A stretch of DNA of 64,000 bases from an uncultured virus (IMG/VR IMGVR_UViG_3300044986_000368) (Duplodnaviria > Heunggongvirae > Uroviricota > Caudoviricetes), in IMG/VR virus record IMGVR_UViG_3300044986_000368. One strand, given 5' to 3'. Position numbers and translations under genes: made by a program. Positions 16,797 through 24,470 of the stretch are shown piece after piece; position 1 is the first letter of the stretch, and every line of letters starts with the position of its first letter. Under the pieces are notes generated by a model. The model searched no databases and was not told the DNA's origin. It saw nothing but the letters and a program-made list of their open reading frames with translations.

Positions 16797-17509
16797 AGAA
16801 ACAAATCACCCTGCGCGAGTTCGCGCTGGATGCGTTCGAGTGCCGTGGCATAGTGCGTCGGGTCTTTCTCGATGCCGATGAATCGGCGTCCAGACCGCAC
16901 GGCGGCGACTCCAGTGGTTCCGCTCCCCATATACGGATCAAGCACCGTTGCGCCATCGGCGAGCTTTGCTGCATCCATGCACCATTGCATCAGGATCACG
17001 GGTTTCTGGGTCGGATGCTGCGACTTCTCGCCGCCTTCGCTTCCGCGATACGCTCCGCTCCATAGGTGCCGGAATGCGCGGGGTTTAGTTCCCTTCTTGT
17101 GCCATGCGTATTCGCCTTCGGCAATTCGCACCTTGAGCGCGTTTTGCGTCACCTTGTCCCAGAAATACCATTGCCCGATTCTTGGCGGGATTGCGTGGCA
17201 GTAGTTGTTCACTCCCCAAAGGATCACGTCCGGGTATTCCATCAGATGCGACGGGTCGAAGATTTCATCGTCGCCGATCACCATGCCGAAGCGTTGGATT
17301 CCTTTCTGGGTGCTTTTGCTTGGATCATAGGCGATCCCATACGGCGGATCAGTGATGCACGCATCGACCTGCCCGAGAGTTGGCAGCACTTCCATGCAGT
17401 CCCCGAGATACAACGTCACCCGGCCACACGAAGAGGCATAACAAGCGCATAGAGCCAACGCCGTTTGGCGTTGGTCCTGTATGCGTGAGTCTGTGGCGGC
17501 GTGGCTCAT
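16733..17509 (-). CDS. Cassette gene 3: beta-class N6A/N4C DNA methyltransferase
   Basis: LYLGDC, TDPPYG, HPTQKP and LDPYMGSGTTG motifs. Confidence 0.92.
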   Translation of the reverse strand: MSHAATDSRIQDQRQTALALCACYASSCGRVTLYLGDCMEVLPTLGQVDACITDPPYGIAYDPSKSTQKGIQRFGMVIGDDEIFDPSHLMEYPDVILWGVNNYCHAIPPRIGQWYFWDKVTQNALKVRIAEGEYAWHKKGTKPRAFRHLWSGAYRGSEGGEKSQHPTQKPVILMQWCMDAAKLADGATVLDPYMGSGTTGVAAVRSGRRFIGIEKDPTHYATALERIQRELAQGDLFLPNAQSLPTLGHDQDNTTKAQ

Positions 17510-17523
17510 GCTAGTCGTTCGCC
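17436..17523 (+). mobile_element. attC-like site D (88 bp)
   Basis: GCATAAC-AAGC-GCAT(A)GAGCCA(A)CGCCG...CGGCGTGGCTCATGC-TAGTC-GTTCGCC; the MTase ATG lies in L'. Confidence 0.88.
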
Positions 17524-17524
17524 T

Positions 17525-17881
17525 TCACGCTGCGCAGTCGAGCATGTCCACAATATCATGTTCCACCATGTGGAGCGCACCGATGGCCTGATATGCGGTC
17601 ACGTCCGACTCCTGACCGTAGCGGCGGATTACGCTCCGCAGTTCTCGCCTGAGCATCGCGCCAGCATCTCCGCTGGCTCCGTCTCCCCACTCTTGCTCCC
17701 ATGCTCTCATGGTAGCGGCAGCAAGTCCGTGCTCACCATCCAGCTTTGAGCAGCGGTGTCCCTTGAGACGGTGCCTCACATCCTCGCAGACTGGACAAAC
17801 ATAGCCCAAAAGGCGAACAAAACGGTGCATCCAAGTCCTCGTGGCTTGGACTGCTGTGTCAGTGGTTTCTAGGGTGCTCAT
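17525..17881 (-). CDS. Cassette gene 4, hypothetical 118 aa with CxxC
   Basis: MSTLETTDTA...CPVC...; start lies within the attC E loop. Confidence 0.7.
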   Translation of the reverse strand: MSTLETTDTAVQATRTWMHRFVRLLGYVCPVCEDVRHRLKGHRCSKLDGEHGLAAATMRAWEQEWGDGASGDAGAMLRRELRSVIRRYGQESDVTAYQAIGALHMVEHDIVDMLDCAA

Positions 17882-17935
17882 TGGTCTTCTTGGGTTGTGG
17901 GCTTCGTTTCGGACTGGCTGACCTCCGCGTTCTGG
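17812..17935 (+). mobile_element. attC-like site E (124 bp)
   Basis: GGCGAAC-AAAAC-GGT(G)CATCCA(A)GTCC...GGACTGGCTGACC-TCCGC-GTTCTGG. Confidence 0.8.
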
Positions 17936-17951
17936 CCTGTTTATAAGTTCA

Positions 17952-17980
17952 ATCTTACGCCAATTATCCCTCAGAATCAA
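17952..17980 (-). promoter_or_regulatory. Sigma70-type promoter directed into the cassette array
   Basis: TTGATT-17 nt-TAAGAT with the genome-wide GCGTAAG motif. Confidence 0.65.
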
Positions 17981-19349
17981 CCTCTTTTCGCAAAACCTCA
18001 AACCTGAAGTGCTTGCCGACAAGCTCCATGTCCACGGTGCGGTAGCGTTCACCGTCACGAACCTTGTGGAAGAACATCTGGCGCTGGAAATTGGGCTTCT
18101 CCTCTTCTTTGCCCTTTTTCCATGAGGGGCCGTCGTTCTTGACGCCAATCTTCTTGATCTTGATGAGGTTGTCGGCGTCCTGCTCAATGGCGCGGGATTC
18201 ACGCACCTCGCCATCGTTGTTCACCTGCGAAGGCATGATGATGTGTGCCCCCGTCATCTTGGCGCACTGCTTGGTGGTAGCCGTGATGTGAGCAACCTCG
18301 CGTTCTCGATTTTGAGAATTTTCGGTAGTCTTGCATAGCTGGATGTAGTCAATCATCGCAACAAGCCTTTTGCCAGCGTTCAATTTACGCGACCTGCGTG
18401 AAATATCGCGGCAGATTTGCTCAATCGTCTTTCCAGCCACATCCACGATGCTGAAGTCCCATTTCGCCGCCTTGTTTGCCACAAGGCCAAGGTTGAGCAT
18501 TTCATTGCGCGTCAGCATCCCCGTTTTGAGGTTTTTGGCGTCAATCTTGCCCTGAGAGCACAAAATGCGCTTCACTTCCGCCTTGGGCATCATTTCGTAG
18601 GTGTAGTCAACGGCGCAACCACCCTCGATAGCCACCCATTCGAGCATTTGTCGGCACAAACTGGACTTGCCATCACTGGACTCAGCCGCCACAACCGTCA
18701 GGCATCCGGGTTCAAGACCGCCCATGATGTCATCAAATTCGGCGATACCAGTCGAAACCCCGGTGATTTTCCGCCCCGACTTCGCCATATCCTCGGCGTC
18801 CTGCAAGACCTCGTTAATGAGTTCCGCCATCGGGCGATGCTCCAAATCAGGGCTGCCATCGTCATTTGCAGCCTCCACAACGCTTTTAATGACGTTCTGG
18901 AGGGTATCGGCAGCGGAAGAACCCTCCGACTCGTTAAAACGCAAAAGAACGTCCATTCCAGCGGCAAGAACGCCAATCATGGCCCTAAGCTGGTATTTCT
19001 GCCGCACAATCCCGGCGTAGTAGCCGAAATGCGACACCATCGGGATGTTCGAGTAGAAGACACTGAGCCTCGCCGGGCCTCCCATGTTGTCGAGAAGCCC
19101 TTTTTCACGGAGATTGATTGTCACGGAAGGCAGATCAATCGGCCTTCCAGCGTTGAAAAGCTCCAAGAAAGCCTCGATCAGCCAGCGGTGATGGACGTGG
19201 AAGAATGAATCCACGGGCGGGCACTCCTCAATCAGCCTTGGGTGGTGGAAAATCGAGGAAACAACCGTCTGTTCAGCCTCCTCAGACCACGGAAGCTGGG
19301 CGTCTTTGAAGGACGCTAGAAGCTGTTCGATTGTGGGAGGAGGTGTCAT
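17964..19349 (-). CDS. dnaB: DnaB-like replicative helicase
   Basis: EAEQTVV N-domain, TGVSTGI..FD..MGGL.PG, AAESSDGKS, IDYIQL, SQVN, RESRAIEQDAD. Confidence 0.92.
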   Translation of the reverse strand: MTPPPTIEQLLASFKDAQLPWSEEAEQTVVSSIFHHPRLIEECPPVDSFFHVHHRWLIEAFLELFNAGRPIDLPSVTINLREKGLLDNMGGPARLSVFYSNIPMVSHFGYYAGIVRQKYQLRAMIGVLAAGMDVLLRFNESEGSSAADTLQNVIKSVVEAANDDGSPDLEHRPMAELINEVLQDAEDMAKSGRKITGVSTGIAEFDDIMGGLEPGCLTVVAAESSDGKSSLCRQMLEWVAIEGGCAVDYTYEMMPKAEVKRILCSQGKIDAKNLKTGMLTRNEMLNLGLVANKAAKWDFSIVDVAGKTIEQICRDISRRSRKLNAGKRLVAMIDYIQLCKTTENSQNREREVAHITATTKQCAKMTGAHIIMPSQVNNDGEVRESRAIEQDADNLIKIKKIGVKNDGPSWKKGKEEEKPNFQRQMFFHKVRDGERYRTVDMELVGKHFRFEVLRKEVDSEG

Positions 19350-19618
19350 TTAACGTCTATGACGACACGAGAATTGTCATGCCATTGGTAAGGGTTATTT
19401 GGCGCATCAAATGCCTTGGCCCACTCAGCTTTCGATGGATTGCGTACTGAGCCTGTTTTGCCAGTCTTGGGGCAATAAAGCATCAACCAGCCTTCGCTGA
19501 GGGCGGTTGAGAAAACCCACCAGTCATAATCTGGATGAGTCGATTGAGGTGGCGTGTCTAGGTTTGCTATCATGGTGTTCCTTTCTTGGGTGTATTTGGG
19601 TAAATTATTCTTCGTCAA
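19346..19618 (-). CDS. Hypothetical protein, 90 aa
   Basis: ATGA overlap with dnaB. Confidence 0.6.
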   Translation of the reverse strand: MTKNNLPKYTQERNTMIANLDTPPQSTHPDYDWWVFSTALSEGWLMLYCPKTGKTGSVRNPSKAEWAKAFDAPNNPYQWHDNSRVVIDVK

Positions 19619-19865
19619 TTCCGCAATCGTCTAAATCAAGCGTCTGCCATTTTTCAGCAGAGATGTCAGATTGCACACATTCGATGGAGTCCTCGCGGCG
19701 TGAAATATATAAATATGATCCCGTCTCGTCTGAGTTGACGAAAAAAATGGCGTCGGGCCAATGGTTCATAACCATGACTCGAACCTCATTGAGTTTTCTC
19801 ACAATTTCGTTCAGTCTGCGCTGAGCCGAAGATTCAATATTTTCAGGGAGTGATGTATAGTTCAT
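19605..19865 (-). CDS. Hypothetical protein, 86 aa (MNYTSL...)
   Basis: A/C-rich leader; fills the gap in the operon. Confidence 0.6.
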   Translation of the reverse strand: MNYTSLPENIESSAQRRLNEIVRKLNEVRVMVMNHWPDAIFFVNSDETGSYLYISRREDSIECVQSDISAEKWQTLDLDDCGIDEE

Positions 19866-19875
19866 GGTTTGTGGT

Positions 19876-20655
19876 TTATTGGATGTTTCCGATGATGGTG
19901 TTCCAGCGAAGGCAAAGGTCGCAAAGGTTGAGGATTCGGATGGAGTTGGGGGCAAAAGCGCCCTTTTGCACCTCAAGCGACCAAATTCCGCTTAATGCGT
20001 CTCTCATTTTTGAGACTTCAACAGTTGGATTGGCTCGCAAAAACTCCTTTAGGTGCTTAAAGTCCTTAGAATGAAAGGAATACGGCGTGTTAAACCGCTC
20101 ATTCCACATGTCGCGCCACATTTCGATGGCTTCTTGATGGCGAGGATCGGCGGGTTTTGGCGGTCTGCCACGCTTTGCGGGTGGATTGGAATGAATGATT
20201 GGCTTCTCGACCCCTTTCGGGAAAGCGAACAATTCAACCCGCTCGTTGCCCGAATTTTTTAATTCGGGAGATGTATATTCTTTTTCTATTCTGTTCTTTG
20301 TAGAGAACGGCTCTCCGTCAGACGGGAAGCCGTCATCTGGAATCCCGTTAGTCGGACTAGATGCGTCGCTCCAGTGCCACGTCATGCAGGTTACGCGCTG
20401 AGTATGTGGATCGCGTTCGCAGACCCGCTTCAAGTACCCGAAAGTCTCTAGCTCTTTGAAGGCACCTTGCAAAGCCTCTCTACCCTCGGTTGCCTGATCC
20501 TCAATCCAAGAGGCATTCGTCCTCCAGTTTTCAGGCTTAGACAGCATCATGACCAATAGGCCGCGAGCTTTGAAAGATAGCCGCTTGTCGCAAAGCAGTT
20601 GGTTCGGCAACACGGTGAAGTGCTCAGAAAGTTTTCGGCGGTGAATCGTTGTCAT
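19876..20655 (-). CDS. Phage replication initiator-like protein (N-terminal wHTH)
   Basis: FTVLPN..L.D.RLSFKARGLL..MLSKP.NW motif; upstream of dnaB. Confidence 0.8.
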   Translation of the reverse strand: MTTIHRRKLSEHFTVLPNQLLCDKRLSFKARGLLVMMLSKPENWRTNASWIEDQATEGREALQGAFKELETFGYLKRVCERDPHTQRVTCMTWHWSDASSPTNGIPDDGFPSDGEPFSTKNRIEKEYTSPELKNSGNERVELFAFPKGVEKPIIHSNPPAKRGRPPKPADPRHQEAIEMWRDMWNERFNTPYSFHSKDFKHLKEFLRANPTVEVSKMRDALSGIWSLEVQKGAFAPNSIRILNLCDLCLRWNTIIGNIQ

Positions 20656-21209
20656 TTGTTTGAGTTTTCTGTGATGTAACTGACGCAGTAAGACACATCA
20701 TCGTCGGTAAGTTTGAACCACTCTCCCCTAGCCCTTTTGTGAGCAAAATGCTTATGAAGCTCCTTCTCAATCTTCATACTCGAAGCCTCTGAAAAGAACA
20801 TGTCAATGTCTGGCTCCTCTGATTGTAGGGTCTTTTCCCTCTGGGTTGGATTTGTTGAAACGCCTATTTTCACAAAGCCATTTCGTTTGTTCTTCATTAA
20901 ATAAACAAACTGTCTCCTGCGAGGGGGTGATCCATGAGGGTTAGCGCAAAGAGCATCGTTAATTCTGTCGGTGTGAACTAAAAAATGTAAACATGCAGGT
21001 ATTCCGCGAAGCTCTTCGCTGATAAAGCCTCTATTCCTTAAAAGAAATCTACATGATTCTTGTTCGCATCTACTCAATCCAGTTGCATTTTCCCACTCTT
21101 TTTGAGTCATTCTAAACCACCCACATCTTCCCTTAACGTAACAAAGCATGATGGCGGCGTGAACCGATCCACAAATTTTCACCATTCGACTATCAAATAG
21201 TATTTGCAT
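20652..21209 (-). CDS. GIY-YIG (T5orf172/Mug113-like) nuclease fused to a replication-protein-like wHTH
   Basis: FVYLM...VKIGVS.NP..R..TLQ...EKELHKHF...R.RGEWF. Confidence 0.8.
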   Translation of the reverse strand: MQILFDSRMVKICGSVHAAIMLCYVKGRCGWFRMTQKEWENATGLSRCEQESCRFLLRNRGFISEELRGIPACLHFLVHTDRINDALCANPHGSPPRRRQFVYLMKNKRNGFVKIGVSTNPTQREKTLQSEEPDIDMFFSEASSMKIEKELHKHFAHKRARGEWFKLTDDDVSYCVSYITENSNK

Positions 21210-21224
21210 AATTCACCAAAAGGC

Positions 21225-21320
21225 GATCCCCACGCTCTCAAGGCTGGAAATCTGCATGACACAGGTTCCTTGAAAGGTGGGGATCATTTATCGTCATAGT
21301 TACAGGCCGTTTCCAGTCGG
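21225..21320 (-). ncRNA. C4-antisense-like structured leader RNA
   Basis: Stem GATCCCCAC..TCAAGG / CCTTGA..GTGGGGATC with loops GTCAT and TTTCCAG complementary to upstream ATGAC and CTGGAAA; promoter TTGACA-17-TAGGGT at 21328-21356. Confidence 0.55.
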
Positions 21321-21352
21321 CACTCCAACCCTATCTCAGCGAGGAGGGTGTG

Positions 21353-21592
21353 TCAATTCTTCTGATAATCCTCGTCCTCGATAGCAGAGAAAATCTCCAC
21401 CATGTCGTCGAGTTCATCCACAGCCGCATCCCAGATGTATTCCCGGTGAATCGGCTCGTAGCCAGCGATGTGATGCGCCAGAAGGTCGATCAGAATCTTC
21501 GTAATCTCGTCAGCGTCAACTTTACTTGACACTAGAATGGATTCCAGCCGGTATGCTAGACGATGCGCGGGCGATGCTTTCTCGTTTGGCAT
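21353..21592 (-). CDS. Hypothetical protein, 79 aa
   Basis: ORF in operon. Confidence 0.65.
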   Translation of the reverse strand: MPNEKASPAHRLAYRLESILVSSKVDADEITKILIDLLAHHIAGYEPIHREYIWDAAVDELDDMVEIFSAIEDEDYQKN

Positions 21593-21595
21593 AAA

Positions 21596-22387
21596 TTAGT
21601 AATTTTCAGCTTCCTCTCGCGTGATGAAAAAGTGAATACCTGAAGCACACTCATCTTGCCAGTCTTCAGAAAACGGCTTTTTGGGCCTGACGATTTCGCC
21701 TTTTTTGTATTCAAAGGCTGGATCGTGCGAGGAAAAACCCACATCCACTTCGTTGTCACCATCATAAATTGCCACAACAATAGCCTCAGAGCATCGACAC
21801 TTGCGACCAAAAGCATTAGAGCGTTTTGCGGATTCAGGAATGCGCAATTTTGCAATACTTCCATTTTGCAGCTTCTTCCAACCAATAATTTCCCCGTCTG
21901 GAAGAATGCGTGTTTGTGCAATGATTAATGTTGCGTATTTGGCACCGTGAAGATCAGCATCGCAAAGGTCAGCATCGCGAAGATCAGCACCGTGAAGGTT
22001 AGCACCGCAAAGATCAGCACCGCGAAGGTTAGCACCGCAAAGGTCAGCATCGCGAAGATCAGCATCGCGAAGGTTAGCATCGCGAAGGTCAGCACCGTGA
22101 AGGTTAGCATCGCGAAGGTCAGCATCGCGAAGATCAGCATCGCGAAGGTTAGCACAGCCAAGATCAGCATCGCAAAGATCAGCACCGCGAAGGTTAGCAC
22201 CGCAAAGGTCAGCATCGCGAAGATCAGCATCGCGAAGGTTAGCATCGCGAAGGTCAGCACCGTGAAGGTTAGCGACGCGAAGGTTAGTTTTTGATTTGAT
22301 GGCCGTCGCAACTGCCTCATAAATAGAAGCGTAGTCGCCCTCATGTATCACACTGCCTGTAAACCTGTTCTTAATTTGTGTTTTCAT
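21596..22387 (-). CDS. Pentapeptide-repeat protein with DUF5758-like C-terminus
   Basis: Tandem A(D/N)Lxx repeats; GWKK...LRIP...KCRCSEA...CASGIHFF. Confidence 0.92.
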   Translation of the reverse strand: MKTQIKNRFTGSVIHEGDYASIYEAVATAIKSKTNLRVANLHGADLRDANLRDADLRDADLCGANLRGADLCDADLGCANLRDADLRDADLRDANLHGADLRDANLRDADLRDADLCGANLRGADLCGANLHGADLRDADLCDADLHGAKYATLIIAQTRILPDGEIIGWKKLQNGSIAKLRIPESAKRSNAFGRKCRCSEAIVVAIYDGDNEVDVGFSSHDPAFEYKKGEIVRPKKPFSEDWQDECASGIHFFITREEAENY

Positions 22388-22396
22388 GTGACTTCA

Positions 22397-22425
22397 ATCT
22401 TACGCTTTTAAGCGGATATTGTCAA
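22397..22425 (-). promoter_or_regulatory. Sigma70 promoter with palindromic operator
   Basis: TTGACA-17-TAAGAT; spacer contains ATCCGC-N6-GCGTA; ATG 9 nt downstream. Confidence 0.75.
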
Positions 22426-22557
22426 TGTTCTTTACCAGCTTACTATTTCAAGTGTGCTAGAGCAGGGCTTTGAGCAGGATTGCAGCAGCGAGCGTCGTGA
22501 TGATAGCCATCATAATGAAGGCGGGGATAGGGCTTGTTTCGTCGTCGGGGTTCATGG

Positions 22558-22992
22558 CTATCTGATGGTTCTGCGGCAGTATTCAGCGATGAGCAACGCA
22601 TCTGAGATGGCGTGCGTGCATTTGATGTGCGGAAAAAGTTGCTGGGCGCGGCCTTTACTCACGTTTTTGTCGCCACCAGTGAGGCATCCAAGCTCCTTTT
22701 GCCACTTCTGAGGAGTGACGTAAGTGAATGGAATCTTGGCGGCAGTCAGAGCCATTTCAAGATGACCGAATCCTTGGCCGAAAGTGAACGCACTTTTGAC
22801 GCCCATTTGCGGAGATGAATGCACACGCTCAAGGCATGCGTGCAGATATGTAAAATCAAAGCCAATGTTATCAATCGCATCCCAAAGATCACATAAAGTA
22901 TCGGGCATCTTAATAGCCCAAGAGTTACCCTTTTCTGGAATGAAAGCAATTCCACCGTTGATTCCAACGTCCACACCTAGCCACAGCTTCAT
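22558..22992 (-). CDS. Phage RuvC-like Holliday junction resolvase
   Basis: LGVDVGINGGIA, LERVH, SAFTFG, PQKWQK, DALLIA. Confidence 0.85.
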   Translation of the reverse strand: MKLWLGVDVGINGGIAFIPEKGNSWAIKMPDTLCDLWDAIDNIGFDFTYLHACLERVHSSPQMGVKSAFTFGQGFGHLEMALTAAKIPFTYVTPQKWQKELGCLTGGDKNVSKGRAQQLFPHIKCTHAISDALLIAEYCRRTIR

Positions 22993-23131
22993 GACTCACC
23001 CCTTTCCAATTCCTTCACACGTTTCCTTGCCCACTCAATCCACTCGATTTCAGTATCACTGACATCCTCCTGTGCGGAGTGCCAAGCAATGGCTTCATCA
23101 AGCATTTCGATCTTTTCCTTGGTAATGCCGT

Positions 23132-23314
23132 TCATTTTGATACGATTTTGATGATGGGTTTACGCCATGCTTCGGAGCTTGTGTAGCGAATATCAGTCAC
23201 TTCGGCCTCGGCTTTTGTGAATGATTCGCCATTGACGATGAGTGTCTTTACCGGAACATCGCCGTGGATTTCGATGAGCCGCTTCAATTCTGCGATGATT
23301 TCTGTGGCGTACAT
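23132..23314 (-). CDS. Hypothetical protein, 60 aa
   Basis: ELKRLIEIHGDVPV motif common in small phage proteins. Confidence 0.6.
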   Translation of the reverse strand: MYATEIIAELKRLIEIHGDVPVKTLIVNGESFTKAEAEVTDIRYTSSEAWRKPIIKIVSK

Positions 23315-23317
23315 AGG

Positions 23318-23674
23318 TCAAGCAAGTTTGCCGTGCATGTGCGGACGGCTGGCGTTGTATTGCATTTTCAGGTAAACGGCGCGTCCAAGGTTGATTCCAA
23401 AAGCGCGTGACGAGTCGCAGACACGAATGAAGATGTCCGCAAACTCCTCTTCTGCGCATGTCAGAGCAGCCTCTTTGTCGCATTGATGGTTGAGTTTACC
23501 CTTGCGAGCAGCCTCCCAAAGCTCAGATACTTCTCCGTGCAGGTTTGCCGTCCACGCTGCCATGAGTTCAACGTCGTTTTTATCGAGGTCGCTGTCATGA
23601 AAGCCTTTCATCGCAGCCTTCTCGTAGCAGTCGGCGGCGATGGCGTTGATGGTGTCGATTTGATCGGAGGTCAT
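23318..23674 (-). CDS. MazG-like nucleotide pyrophosphohydrolase
   Basis: HGEVSELWEA.RK...EEEFADIFIR...KMQYN.SRP.MHGK. Confidence 0.85.
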   Translation of the reverse strand: MTSDQIDTINAIAADCYEKAAMKGFHDSDLDKNDVELMAAWTANLHGEVSELWEAARKGKLNHQCDKEAALTCAEEEFADIFIRVCDSSRAFGINLGRAVYLKMQYNASRPHMHGKLA

Positions 23675-23692
23675 GTGTTCTTTTGATGTGTG

Positions 23693-23974
23693 TTAATAAG
23701 AAATGTCATCCGCATTCCACAAAAGCTCAAACTCCTTATCCGTCAGACAATGAGAACCTAAAGCATCTCTCTTTTGTTTGATAGCAGCAATTCTTTCGTC
23801 ATGAGTTTTGTGGTTTTGCCACCAATCGGAAAGATTCGGGTCGGAGTCGATCATTGAGCGCAATGATGAATTTTCAATTTTTGTGCAAAGACCACAAAGC
23901 ATTGCTGTAAGTTTATGAACTTTGGATTCAAGTCTTTGTGGTCGTTCGCGTGCTTCTGCGTCGTAGCAAGGCAT
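23693..23974 (-). CDS. Hypothetical protein (MPCYD...)
   Basis: LCGLC...WWQNHK.HD motif. Confidence 0.65.
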   Translation of the reverse strand: MPCYDAEARERPQRLESKVHKLTAMLCGLCTKIENSSLRSMIDSDPNLSDWWQNHKTHDERIAAIKQKRDALGSHCLTDKEFELLWNADDISY

Positions 23975-24048
23975 ATAGGCAACTGTAAGCTGAGTTTTGC
24001 GCGTTGTCGAGTCGCGCCCCTCGGTTGTTGTCAGGTGTAGTAATTTGC

Positions 24049-24453
24049 TCACCACGGAATCTGGTCTTCTTCAAGGCCATCGTCTTTCATCAGGGGGTGA
24101 TTAGCGGCTTTGACCGCTCCATGCTGACTAGCGCGAGAACCGCCAGACGACCCACCAAAGACGAACTCTTTGCCGTTGCCAATGATGGGCAGACGAGTCT
24201 TTGCCATGCGCTCTTCTTTGGAGGCAGCTTCGGCAACAAAATGCGTCTTGCCAAACTTGTCTTCGCCGTCTCGGTTGGCTTTCACGTCGAGTTCAAAGAA
24301 CAGGCTCTCGCTACCATCTTTGCGCTGGAAACGCTTGAGGCGACTTTCTGGGATGCAGATGGCAGCGTATTCTTTGCCGTCTTTGCCGGTGATTTTCTTC
24401 GCTCCTTGGACTTTGAGAATGTCAAAGCTGATGTTGATGTTGTTATTAGGCAT
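24049..24453 (-). CDS. Putative single-stranded DNA-binding protein
   Basis: OB-like beta core, Gly-rich linker, acidic aromatic tail DDGLEEDQIPW; follows the exonuclease. Confidence 0.7.
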   Translation of the reverse strand: MPNNNINISFDILKVQGAKKITGKDGKEYAAICIPESRLKRFQRKDGSESLFFELDVKANRDGEDKFGKTHFVAEAASKEERMAKTRLPIIGNGKEFVFGGSSGGSRASQHGAVKAANHPLMKDDGLEEDQIPW

Positions 24454-24470
24454 TGGTGTTTGAGGTTAAA

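Noticed and set aside
16001..17935. CRISPR, REP or plain terminator interpretation of the repeated hairpins
   Set aside because: The units are not identical, have gene-sized spacing, lack U tracts, and show AAC/GTT boxes with one-sided bulges typical of attC
17525..18214. 229-aa ORF call overlapping dnaB, and the 213-aa call at 16333-16974
   Set aside because: The upstream parts overlap real genes in other frames; credible starts are at 17881 and 16731
21925..22344. 15-bp periodic repeats and alternative-frame ORFs (MLTFA / KISIA repeats)
   Set aside because: Fully explained by the pentapeptide-repeat CDS; not a CRISPR array or separate genes
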